A stretch of DNA of 64,000 nucleotides, from NCBI GenBank assembly GCA_963816145.1, contig CAWFJP010000002.1:1-64000 (forward strand), written 5' to 3'. Below are positions 50,877 to 60,084 of the stretch, one piece after another (positions within the stretch are counted from its first letter, which is position 1; each line of letters opens with the position of its first letter). Made by a program: the position numbers and the translations under genes. The notes beneath the pieces are model-generated. The model saw nothing but the letters and a program-made list of their open reading frames with translations. It searched no databases and was not told the origin of the DNA. This DNA comes from an uncultured delta proteobacterium (GTDB lineage: Bacteria > Desulfobacterota > Binatia > UBA9968).

Positions 50877-51254
50877 GTGTGGCAAACCTTCGTAGCGATC
50901 GGCACTGTGGGCGGGCTATTGGCTGGGCTTTTTGGCGTCGGTGGCGGAATAGTCATCGTACCAGCGTTAATCTATTTGGCCGGACTCTCGCAACACCAGG
51001 CGACTGGGACTAGTCTAGCGGTGCTGTTACCGCCCATCGGTTTGGCGGCTGCGATCGAGTACTACCGCCACGGCAACGTTAACGTTCCTGCTGCGATTAT
51101 CCTGGCGATAACCATGTTCATCGGGACGTGGATCGGTGCCGTGATTGCCAACAAGATTTCCGGCCCTCATCTCAGGCTGATGTTCGGCGTTTTTGTCTGG
51201 GGTCTGGGAACTTATTTGATCTATGGTGCCTGCCGTCGACTCGGCTGGCTATGA
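50877..51254 (+). CDS. Half-size TauE/SafE (TSUP) protein
   Basis: GLFGVGGGIVIVP, ATGTSLAVLLPP; GGAGG RBS before GTG 50877. Confidence 0.85.
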   Translation: MWQTFVAIGTVGGLLAGLFGVGGGIVIVPALIYLAGLSQHQATGTSLAVLLPPIGLAAAIEYYRHGNVNVPAAIILAITMFIGTWIGAVIANKISGPHLRLMFGVFVWGLGTYLIYGACRRLGWL

Positions 51255-51269
51255 TTGGCGGATCTCGTG

Positions 51270-51468
51270 GGGGAGGGTTGGCATCTTGATTGGCGCGGGG
51301 TTCTACTCTGAGGTCTATCCGTTCATTCAAGATAATCTTCTCAAGCTCGGCGATTACGGCAAGTTGACGATTCCGGCACTAGTCGGGGTGGGACCATGGT
51401 ATGTAATTATCCCATTCGTCATCGTTGTGACTGGCGTTTTGACCATGCTCCACCGTAAAGGTATGTGA
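51270..51468 (+). pseudogene. 3' remnant of a YeeE/YedE-type thiosulfate-transporter gene
   Basis: GILIGAGFYSEVYP...GDYGKLTIP..VGV..W...KGM resembles the family C-terminus; no N-terminal part or credible start. Confidence 0.55.
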
Positions 51469-51509
51469 AATTGATCGATGGAAGTGGCGTCTGATTCGAG
51501 GAGCTTGCC

Positions 51510-51947
51510 ATGAGTTTTCGAAAAATTCTTATTGCGGTGGACGAGAGCGGGTTTGCGGCGCGCGCTGCCGACGTCGGGTTCGAGCTGGCGCGTTCGCTGG
51601 GCGCTGAGGTGGCAATTATTCATGTGGTCGATCCCGCCGTTGATGCTTATGCTCCCGAGGGTGGGATTCCGCTGAGCGAACTTGTCACGCTTGCTCAGCA
51701 GGATGGGCGAAGACTCCTTGCCGCATTCGCTCAACGCGCTGGGTTACAGCCAGCGCCTCATGAGTTCATTCACGTCGGCAAGACTGCGACCGAGATCGTC
51801 AAGGCGGCTAAAGAGTGGCCTGCGGACCTTATCGTCATCGGCAGTCATGGCCGCGGGGGTATCGATCGCCTGCTGTTAGGGAGTGTCGCCGAGGCGGTGA
51901 TGCGCCACGCGGCATGTCCGGTGCTGGTAGTTCGAGCAGAACAGTGA
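51510..51947 (+). CDS. Universal stress protein
   Basis: ILIAVD, IGSHGRGG..LLLGSVAE..CPVLVV. Confidence 0.95.
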   Translation: MSFRKILIAVDESGFAARAADVGFELARSLGAEVAIIHVVDPAVDAYAPEGGIPLSELVTLAQQDGRRLLAAFAQRAGLQPAPHEFIHVGKTATEIVKAAKEWPADLIVIGSHGRGGIDRLLLGSVAEAVMRHAACPVLVVRAEQ

Positions 51948-52143
51948 GCCCACTTGATGAACTGCCGGGACAGCACGCCCCATCGGTACCGACACAGTCC
52001 GCTCTCGGCAGCCCCGCAGGTCTCGCGGCGAAGCGCGAGGCTGGTTTTTTTCCACCGTAGAGAAACCTTGGTCGCGACGATGAAGCAACCTCGTGTCGTA
52101 ACGAAGAGTCTCAAGACTCCCAAAGTCTTTAATCGGAGGTCAT

Positions 52144-53853
52144 ATGGTTCAGCAATCTGAGTCGCAATCGACGGGTTCGAGTCAGATCGGTAAGCGCCGT
52201 CGGGTGCTGATTGTCGGCGGTGTAGCAGGTGGCGCCTCCTGTGCGGCGCGACTGCGGCGGCTTGATGAATCCTTTGAAATTGTCATGTTCGATCGCGGCC
52301 CGTACGTTTCGTTCGCAAACTGCGGACTGCCGTACTACGTCGGCAATGTCATTGCTGATGAAAGCCGGCTCCTGGTGGCCTCGCGAGAAATGTTTCACGA
52401 GCGGTTCAATATCGAGGTACACACCGAAACCGAAGTAACTGGCATCGATCGCAACGCTTGCATGATCACGGCGCGCGATCTCCGTACAGCCAACACTCGC
52501 ACGGAGCATTACGATGCGCTTGTCTTGTCGCCCGGCGCAGCGCCGATTCGACCGCTGCTGCCCGGCGTGGACTTGCCCGGCATTTTCGCCGTACGCACGA
52601 TCCCGGACTCCCGCCGCATCCGTTCATGGATCGACGACCACAATGCCAAAACGGCGGTCGTCGTCGGTGGCGGTTTTATCGGTCTGGAGATGGTCGAGAA
52701 CTTGATCCATCGCGAGTTGGCGGTCACGGTGTTGGAGAAGTTGCCTCAAGTCATGCCACCGCTTGACCCGGAGATGGCGGTGCCGTTGATGGAACATCTC
52801 GCTGCGAAAGGCATACAGCTCCATTTGGGCGACGGCCTGGCGCGCATCGAAGCGCGCGACGGCGGCGGCTTGATCGTCGTAGCGGAGAGTGGTGCGCGCT
52901 TGCCTGCCGATCTCGTCATCCTGGCGATCGGGGTGAAACCAGAAATTATGTTGGCTAAAGATGCCGGGCTGGAAATCGGTCCGCGCGGCGGCGTGAACGT
53001 CGACGCGCAGATGCGCACTTCCGATCCGAAAATCTGGGCCGTCGGCGACGTCGTTGAAGTGCAAGATCTTGTCACTGGTCAAGAAACGGTGCTACCTCTC
53101 GCCGGTCCGGCGAACCGGCAAGGACGAGTTGCCGCCGAGTCTATCGCCGGGCGGGTAACCCATTTCCGCGGCGTGCAGGCAACCGCGGTGGTTGGAGTGT
53201 TGGGCTTGACGGTCGCATCGACCGGCGCCAGCGAAAAAGGACTGCGGCGCGCCGGCGTCACGAACTTCGAGAAGGTCTATCTTCACCCGGGTCATCACGC
53301 CGGCTACTATCCCGGCGCACGCCAGATTCATCTTAAACTTCTGTTCTCGGTGCCCGACGGTCGCATTCTCGGCGCGCAAGCAGTCGGTTATGAAGGCGTC
53401 GAGAAGCGCATCGATGTAATCGCTAGTGCGATTCAATTCAAAGGGACGGTGCACGATCTTGCTGAGGCCGAGCTGTGTTACGCGCCGCAGTTTGGCGCGG
53501 CAAAGGACCCGGTTAACCTCGCCGGCATGCTTGCTGAGAACGTTCTGAATGGCGACATGCCCGTGGCGGATTGGCTCGAACTTGACCGTACCGACGCATT
53601 GCTGCTCGACGTGCGCGAACCCGAGGAGTTCGCCCATGGGCACATACCCAAGGCAATCAATCTGCCGCTCTCACAGTTGCGCTCGCGTTACGTCGAGCTG
53701 CCAAAAGATCGCGATATCTGGGTGTGCTGCGCCGTTGGACAGCGCGCCTATTTCGCTGCGCGATTCCTGACGCAGCAGGGTTATCGATCGCTGAATCTCT
53801 CGGGAGGTTATACTACCTACGGCGCGCTGACGGCCGCCGGCCTTGCGCGGTGA
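52144..53853 (+). CDS. CoA-disulfide reductase-rhodanese fusion (CoADR-RHD / Npsr-like persulfide reductase)
   Basis: GGVAGG, SFANCGLPY, GGGFIGLE, YAPQF, C-terminal rhodanese (DVREP..HIP..CAVGQR). Confidence 0.92.
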   Translation: MVQQSESQSTGSSQIGKRRRVLIVGGVAGGASCAARLRRLDESFEIVMFDRGPYVSFANCGLPYYVGNVIADESRLLVASREMFHERFNIEVHTETEVTGIDRNACMITARDLRTANTRTEHYDALVLSPGAAPIRPLLPGVDLPGIFAVRTIPDSRRIRSWIDDHNAKTAVVVGGGFIGLEMVENLIHRELAVTVLEKLPQVMPPLDPEMAVPLMEHLAAKGIQLHLGDGLARIEARDGGGLIVVAESGARLPADLVILAIGVKPEIMLAKDAGLEIGPRGGVNVDAQMRTSDPKIWAVGDVVEVQDLVTGQETVLPLAGPANRQGRVAAESIAGRVTHFRGVQATAVVGVLGLTVASTGASEKGLRRAGVTNFEKVYLHPGHHAGYYPGARQIHLKLLFSVPDGRILGAQAVGYEGVEKRIDVIASAIQFKGTVHDLAEAELCYAPQFGAAKDPVNLAGMLAENVLNGDMPVADWLELDRTDALLLDVREPEEFAHGHIPKAINLPLSQLRSRYVELPKDRDIWVCCAVGQRAYFAARFLTQQGYRSLNLSGGYTTYGALTAAGLAR

Positions 53854-53919
53854 CAGCTGAGGCCAACTCCGGCGAAGGTAGAATTCCGTTCTCATCGCGG
53901 TCAATAAAATGTTTGCGCT

Positions 53920-56715
53920 ATGATACTTCGCTCGTTGACGATCAAAATTCGGGAGTTTTTCGATGTCCGCCCCGGTGAGATCCGGCGGATCGGTTTCATG
54001 GCGGCTTTTCTGTTTTTCTTGCTCGCCGCCAATAACGTCATCAAGGTTGTCAGGGATGCGCTTTTTCTCAGTCGCTTTCCGATAACTCAACTGCCTTATG
54101 TTTATCTCCTCGCGGCATTGCTCGCCGGCGTCGTCATCGGCGTCTATTCCCGTTATACGGCGAAGCTTTCACTTGCGCGGCTCATTCTCGGGTCGCTCGC
54201 CTTCGTGATATCCAACGTTATCTTGTTCTGGCTAGCGATCACCCTTTCTGACGCCGGCTGGGTGCTTTACGCTTATTATATGTGGTCGGCAATTGGTTGT
54301 CTTATTTTGGTAGCGCAATTTTGGATGTTGGCCAACGGAATGTTCAACCCGCGCGACGGTAAACGCCTTTTCGGCATGATCACGGCCGGTGGGACCCTGG
54401 GCGCGATGGCGGGCGGGTTTGCGGCGAATTGGGCGGTGAGTTTTCTTTTTGGCACGCGACAGCTCCTCTGGCTCGTGGTCGCACTGCTAGCCGGCGCTTT
54501 CGTTACGGCCGGTTTAGCTCTGAGAGAGCGAGACCGGTTGTTCGCTGTCAATCGCCGGGAAAATGACGCGGTCCACGAAACGGTGCCGCCGAACGCGCCG
54601 GGCATCTTGCAGGAAATCCTCGGCACGGGCTACCTGCGCACCATCGCCGGGGTGATTTTCGTTTCGGTGGTGGTTTCGACCTTGATCGACTATCAGTTTA
54701 AAGCCGCGGCGAAATTCGCCTATCCGTCCGCAGATGGGCTGGCGGGTTTTTTCGGCTCATACTACGCGTGGTTGAGCGCCGTTACCATGGTCGGGCAGGT
54801 CTGGCTCACCGGGAAGGTTCTGACGGGGTTGGGCTTAGGCACAAGTCTGCTCTTTCTTCCCTCCACGCTGCTGGCGGGATTGCTGAGCATGCTGGCATGG
54901 CCGGGTTTGACGGCAGCCACCGCGACCCGGCTGGCCGAGGCGTCTCTGCGCACCAGTATTAATCAGAGCGGCGTGCAGATCCTGTATCTGCCGATCCCCG
55001 ACGCGATTAAAGACAAGGTTAAAGTTTTCCTCGACGTGACCGTCGAGCGGTTGGCGGACGCAATGGCCGCGGTGATCATTCTCCTATGTTCGTTCGCCCT
55101 GGCGGGGGATCCGGTTAGGTTCGTCGGTTATTGTGCCATCGCTCTCGTGGTCATCTGGTTCGCCGTGGTTTCCCGCGCGCACGCCGGTTACGTTGACGCC
55201 CTGCGCCGCAGTTTGACGTATCACGAAGTATCCCTTGAGACCGCGAGGATCGATTTTGCGGATGAGGGGACAATCGATACCGTGCTGGCTACTTTGGACC
55301 AACAAGATGAGCCATCGATTCTTTTCACGTTGGACCTTGCGGAGAAGTTCGAGCCGCGGAGCCTGGTGGCGCATTTGCCGCGCGAGCTGCTGCGCCATCC
55401 CTCAGCCGAAGTGCGCCGGCGCGCTCTATCGCTGGTGGCCGCTTCCCTTGAGCCCAACGCCTTGGCGGCGGTATTCGAATTACTCACGTCGGAGAGCGCT
55501 CAAGTGCGTTCGGAAGCGATTTCGACGCTCGCCGCCATGCTGGAGACTGGCGCGGCTCCATTCCTTCGGCCGCTGTTGCAAAGTCCGCAAGCGCAAACGC
55601 GCCGCGCCGCGATCCAATTGCTGCTGCGCAGCGGCGATGAGGCGGCGCGCCAAGAGGCGTTAGCGGCGTTTCGCGGTATGGTCGAGGCGCGCGGCTCCGA
55701 CTGGGAAAAAACCCGCGTCGAAGCGGCTCGTCTGATGGGGGAGTCGGTGGAGCCTGAGTTCTCCAGCTATCTCAGCCAACTGATCAGGATGGATGAGTCT
55801 CCGGCGGTGGTCCGCGAGGCGCTGACATCTGCGGCTAAAGGTAAATATCCCGGATTGGTTGCCGAAACGATCGCTCAGTTGGGCAATCACGCGGTCAGGG
55901 CCGCGGCGCGCGAGGCCTTAGCCGATTATGGCGATATGGCAGTAATGGAATTGAGAAACTCGCTGTTCGACAACCGCATGGCCCGCGACCTCCGCCTCGA
56001 TATTCCTCGGACTCTCAGTAAAATCCATTCACAGTCGGCGATGAACGCCGTCTTGGCTGGACTGCGTGAGGAGGACCGTTCTCTCCGTTTCCAGTCGATT
56101 CTTGCTCTGGAAGAGATGGCCCGCCGCTTCCCCAATCTCCGGGTCGACCGCGAGATCATCGAAAGCGCTATCGTCTCGGACGCGATGCTTTATGCTCAAA
56201 GGTTCGCGATTTTCTATGTTCTTTTTACTGATCGCCAGCAAGCATCGGTCAAGAGCCCATCGCTCTTGCGCCAAGCGATTCTGGAGAGTATGGAGCGCGT
56301 GAGAGAGCGGACAATTTGGCTGCTGTCTCTTATCTATCCAGCCAAAGATATTCGGGGGATTTGGGCTGCTCTCAATTCTGGAGATTCAGCTAAGCAAGCT
56401 TACGCTGTCGAGCTTCTCGATAATTTGCTGACAGGGGAAGTAAAGCGATATATCTTCCCCTTTTATGGCGATACACTTGAACCTGAGCGCTTCAAATTGT
56501 CTCTCGGATTCCTCGGCTGGGCCAGTCTCGATGCCGCGACTGCACTCCGGATGCTTTTTGAGCAACAGGATACTTGGCTGACGGCAGCAACCCTGTGGGA
56601 AATTGGCATCCGAGGACTGCCGGGGTTTGATGACAATATCGCGAAGTATTTGAATTCCGAAAATGATGTGTTGCGTGAAACGGCGCAGCTAGTGACGCAC
56701 CGGAGCCGGAATTGA
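53920..56715 (+). CDS. NTT/TLC (Npt1/Npt2-like) MFS transporter fused to HEAT repeats
   Basis: ~12 TM with KVVRDALFL, QFW, KRLFG, LIDYQFK and LYLPIP, then HEAT-like helical repeats. Confidence 0.85.
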   Translation: MILRSLTIKIREFFDVRPGEIRRIGFMAAFLFFLLAANNVIKVVRDALFLSRFPITQLPYVYLLAALLAGVVIGVYSRYTAKLSLARLILGSLAFVISNVILFWLAITLSDAGWVLYAYYMWSAIGCLILVAQFWMLANGMFNPRDGKRLFGMITAGGTLGAMAGGFAANWAVSFLFGTRQLLWLVVALLAGAFVTAGLALRERDRLFAVNRRENDAVHETVPPNAPGILQEILGTGYLRTIAGVIFVSVVVSTLIDYQFKAAAKFAYPSADGLAGFFGSYYAWLSAVTMVGQVWLTGKVLTGLGLGTSLLFLPSTLLAGLLSMLAWPGLTAATATRLAEASLRTSINQSGVQILYLPIPDAIKDKVKVFLDVTVERLADAMAAVIILLCSFALAGDPVRFVGYCAIALVVIWFAVVSRAHAGYVDALRRSLTYHEVSLETARIDFADEGTIDTVLATLDQQDEPSILFTLDLAEKFEPRSLVAHLPRELLRHPSAEVRRRALSLVAASLEPNALAAVFELLTSESAQVRSEAISTLAAMLETGAAPFLRPLLQSPQAQTRRAAIQLLLRSGDEAARQEALAAFRGMVEARGSDWEKTRVEAARLMGESVEPEFSSYLSQLIRMDESPAVVREALTSAAKGKYPGLVAETIAQLGNHAVRAAAREALADYGDMAVMELRNSLFDNRMARDLRLDIPRTLSKIHSQSAMNAVLAGLREEDRSLRFQSILALEEMARRFPNLRVDREIIESAIVSDAMLYAQRFAIFYVLFTDRQQASVKSPSLLRQAILESMERVRERTIWLLSLIYPAKDIRGIWAALNSGDSAKQAYAVELLDNLLTGEVKRYIFPFYGDTLEPERFKLSLGFLGWASLDAATALRMLFEQQDTWLTAATLWEIGIRGLPGFDDNIAKYLNSENDVLRETAQLVTHRSRN

Positions 56716-57140
56716 TGATGGAAGAAAAAAGGCTTGCCGCAATAGAGAAAGTCATTTTCCTCAAATCCGTGGATATTTTCAGTCACGCCACCATAGAGGA
56801 ACTCGGCCGGGTCGCTGCTCTAACCGAGGAGGTCCGTTTCGAGGCGGGGGAGACGATCTTCCGTAAGGGCGAGCCAACTGATGCGATCTATTTCATATTG
56901 GCGGGCCGCGTGGCGATCGAAGGTAGCAGGCGGGAGGTTCGAGAGGCAAGGGAAAAACAAGCTTTTGGGACCGTGGCGGCTCTTGATCGCAAGCCGGCTC
57001 TTCATACGGTAACGGCTATGGACGCCGTCCACGCCCTCAAACTCAACGCTCAGGACTTCGATGACATCCTTTCGGTTGATTTCGAGCTGGTACATGTCGT
57101 TATTCACGCGCTTTGCCAAATGATCCGCGACGCAGAGTGA
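56715..57140 (+). CDS. Stand-alone cNMP-binding-domain protein
   Basis: EKVIFLKSVDIF, IFRKGE..DAIYFILAGRV; TGATG overlap with NTT-HEAT. Confidence 0.85.
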   Translation: MMEEKRLAAIEKVIFLKSVDIFSHATIEELGRVAALTEEVRFEAGETIFRKGEPTDAIYFILAGRVAIEGSRREVREAREKQAFGTVAALDRKPALHTVTAMDAVHALKLNAQDFDDILSVDFELVHVVIHALCQMIRDAE

Positions 57141-57311
57141 TGGTCGGTGCCCGTTCGGTGCAATGAGAGAGAGCCTATCTATAATTCGTAATAGCCGTGG
57201 AAAACAAGCTGCACTTCTTCAGTTATTCTCAATGTTGCTATTCTGAAGCGGTTTCTTCTCAACCTTGAGAAGGTCGGCTCCACGGATCGAATTAAATTCG
57301 GCAAAATCTGC

Positions 57312-57327
57312 TGGCACATGCCTTGCG
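57312..57327 (+). promoter_or_regulatory. Candidate sigma-54 promoter
   Basis: TGGCACATGCCTTGCG, near-consensus. Confidence 0.75.
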
Positions 57328-57419
57328 CATATCTCGGTCAAGAGACGGGACACACAAATATGGAGCGAATGCGCCCGACGAACACTCAGAGACCATATTT
57401 TCGTAGCCGGAGGATAAAA

Positions 57420-57827
57420 ATGAAGAGGAATATTTTTCGACAAATCGCGCCGGCCCTGATTATCGGCTTTGCTCTCATGCTGTTCGTCCGGTCGGATCAC
57501 ACCTGGGCACAAGCTAAGCAGCCTCAGCTTCGTCAAAGCGTGGAACTAAAGTTTGAGGAGTACCGAACGGCTATTAGAGACGCTTATCAGGTAGACATTA
57601 AGAACTACAAAGACAAGATGCCAGGAGGTCATGCGGACGGAAAAGCGGTCATCAACTATGATTTGAAACAACTACTCCTAGGAATAAATTTCGAGCGGGA
57701 CCATACCAAGGATAACATGCTGGCGCTTGAATTGGCGATGGATCATCTTGAACGCATTGCCGATTATTATACGCGACTTGAAAGGATGTATTGGGACTGC
57801 AAGGCCGAAGAGCTTAGGAATATGTGA
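57420..57827 (+). CDS. Exported DUF5661-like protein
   Basis: GGAGG RBS, signal peptide, GINFERDHT...AMDHLE..DYYTRLERM. Confidence 0.65.
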   Translation: MKRNIFRQIAPALIIGFALMLFVRSDHTWAQAKQPQLRQSVELKFEEYRTAIRDAYQVDIKNYKDKMPGGHADGKAVINYDLKQLLLGINFERDHTKDNMLALELAMDHLERIADYYTRLERMYWDCKAEELRNM

Positions 57828-57870
57828 ACCATACGGCGCAAGTGTTGCTCCACTACGCAGTGGCAATATT

Positions 57871-58497
57871 GTGAACATAAAAAGCTTATTTTGGGGGCTA
57901 ACGTCGATCATTCTTTTGTTCTCTGCTTGCGCGGCAGGGACCAAGGTCCAGCAAGGCCGTATGGCTCTGCTGTACGGTGATCCCAATGCGGCAATCGCGT
58001 CATTTCAACGCGCGGCTGAATTAGACTCAAACCATTTGTACTTCAGCGTACTTCCTCAAGGAACCTGGACCTACCTCGGACGGGCTTACTACATCGCTGG
58101 AAAGTATCCGGAGGCTCGCCAAGCTCTGGAACGAGCGATCTCGCTTCACAACGACGACAACATGGCGAAGCTCTACTTGGGCCTCACCTTGACGCGGAGT
58201 GAAGATCGTCAGAGGGGGCTGAAGGAAATCGAGAGTGGTCTGAGAGGGCTGCACGACTGGCTCGACTATGTTAACCAATACGCCGCATACTCGTACGGAC
58301 AGTACTGGGACCCCTCAAGAGAAATCCGCACGGAAATCCAAAACACCCTTGCCATGATTTCAGGAAAAGACATCGACAGGCAGAAGCTTATTGCCAGCGC
58401 GGAGTGGGTAGGTAGGAAAATGGAAGAGGAGATCGACATCGCCCGGCGGCAGGAGGCGCGAGATCGATACAGGGGCGACGATAGGAGCGGCGATTAG
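57871..58497 (+). CDS. TPR lipoprotein
   Basis: Lipobox-like FSAC; TPR pattern WTYLGRAYY..GKY.EA...AKLYLGL. Confidence 0.78.
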   Translation: MNIKSLFWGLTSIILLFSACAAGTKVQQGRMALLYGDPNAAIASFQRAAELDSNHLYFSVLPQGTWTYLGRAYYIAGKYPEARQALERAISLHNDDNMAKLYLGLTLTRSEDRQRGLKEIESGLRGLHDWLDYVNQYAAYSYGQYWDPSREIRTEIQNTLAMISGKDIDRQKLIASAEWVGRKMEEEIDIARRQEARDRYRGDDRSGD

Positions 58498-58619
58498 CAA
58501 GGGCGAGCACCTTCGACGGACATGGATTTCGGCTTGGAGACGCTGAGGAGATTGAAGCAGTATGAGCCTGATCCTCGTAAAAAGTTTGAGTAACACATAC
58601 GCAACCGACAGCGTAGAAG

Positions 58620-58839
58620 TCAAACTTTCACTCCCACTATTAAGTTGCAGGATGGCAGTCTTGTCATAATTCTGGAGCTGGCCGACATTGCCGTAACCAA
58701 TCTCGATCTTCGGTTTCGGATACAGTTCCTCATTGGCGGGCGAGGAACAGAGTATGGTGAAAAGCAGAACAACAATCGTGTTGAGTTTCGTCTTCGGTAT
58801 TATTTCAGCCTGGACTCTATTTTGGACTCCATTTTCTGA
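58620..58839 (+). pseudogene. Degraded 3' fragment of an outer-membrane beta-barrel gene
   Basis: LQDGS...TNLDLRFR...TEYGEKQN..RVEFRLRYYF: alternating strands with an OMP-like aromatic end; no upstream body. Confidence 0.45.
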
Positions 58840-58882
58840 CGGATGATAGTTTTATTCAGTCCTGTGGAGTGAGCCGGATGCA

Positions 58883-60055
58883 ATGATCGGCCACGAACGC
58901 AGTCGCCAACTTCCTTCGCTATCCAGCCTCTTCCTGTCTTTTTTAAAATTAGGCGCGACTGCCTTTGGCGGATCTGCGATGATTCCATACATGGACAAAA
59001 TGGCTGTCGAGCAACGTCAGTGGCTCGAACCGAAAACGTTTCGTGATGGCGTCGCTCTCTGCCAAACGATACCTGGAGCAACGGCGATGCAAACCGCCGC
59101 TTACGTCGGCTTCAGGGCGAGAGGCGTAGCCGGCGCTGCGGTGAGTTTTATTGGGTTTGGCCTTCCGGCTTTTTTTCTTATGGTTGGGCTTACAGCCATC
59201 TATGTCCGCTCCGCTTCGCTTCCACCGGTAGCTGCGGTGTTCCACGGTCTTCAGGCGATCGTTGTGGCGATTGTTGCGAACGCAACGGTATCCTTCGGCA
59301 AAACGTCCTTGAAGGGTCTACGGGACGTAGTTATCGCCGCGATCGCAGCCGCTTTACTTGCAACGGGAATAAGTCCAATTGTGGTGATCGTGTTGGCTGC
59401 TCTTTTAGGGCTTACACTTTACAAAACAACTTGTCTCTCGGGTCTTAGCGTTAGCTCCGTTCCGCAATCGTCCACCGCGATACCTGTTTTGACCATCGCG
59501 TCAGTCGCGGCTTTGGCGTTGGTTCTGCTATTTTTATTCGAGCGGAAGTTATTCGATCTTGCTGCCATCATGTTCAGGATCGATCTTTTTGCTTTTGGCG
59601 GTGGCTTAGGGTCTGTGCCTCTTATGTTCCACGAGATTGTCGAAGTGCGCTCGTGGATGGACGCACAAACATTCCTAAACGGAATCGCCCTGGGTCAAAT
59701 TACTCCTGGGCCGATCGTAATCACGGCAACGTTCGTGGGTTATATCGTTTACGGCCTGCTCGGTGCAATTGTCGCTACGGTAAGCGTGTTTTTGCCGTCA
59801 TTCATGATCGTCGTCGGAGTTGTTCCGTATTTCGACAGGTTCCGAAACTCGATCTACTTTACCAGAGCTATCCAAGCTATCTTGGGTTCTTTTGTCGGGC
59901 TTCTACTTACCGTGACTCTTAGGTTCGCGTCTAATATTCGGTGGGATGTTCCGGGCGTTTCACTTGCCGCTGCCGCCTTTGTCGCCTTGCTTTTTAAAGT
60001 CGAAATTATCTGGATTGTTTTGTTGGGAGCCGTGATTTCGCTCTCGTTGTTGTAG
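58883..60055 (+). CDS. chrA: Chromate ion transporter (long-chain CHR)
   Basis: Two AFGG motifs, QTIPG, QITPGP, FLPSF. Confidence 0.92.
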   Translation: MIGHERSRQLPSLSSLFLSFLKLGATAFGGSAMIPYMDKMAVEQRQWLEPKTFRDGVALCQTIPGATAMQTAAYVGFRARGVAGAAVSFIGFGLPAFFLMVGLTAIYVRSASLPPVAAVFHGLQAIVVAIVANATVSFGKTSLKGLRDVVIAAIAAALLATGISPIVVIVLAALLGLTLYKTTCLSGLSVSSVPQSSTAIPVLTIASVAALALVLLFLFERKLFDLAAIMFRIDLFAFGGGLGSVPLMFHEIVEVRSWMDAQTFLNGIALGQITPGPIVITATFVGYIVYGLLGAIVATVSVFLPSFMIVVGVVPYFDRFRNSIYFTRAIQAILGSFVGLLLTVTLRFASNIRWDVPGVSLAAAAFVALLFKVEIIWIVLLGAVISLSLL

Positions 60056-60084
60056 CTTGCCGTTTACATCGGTACGATCGCGCT

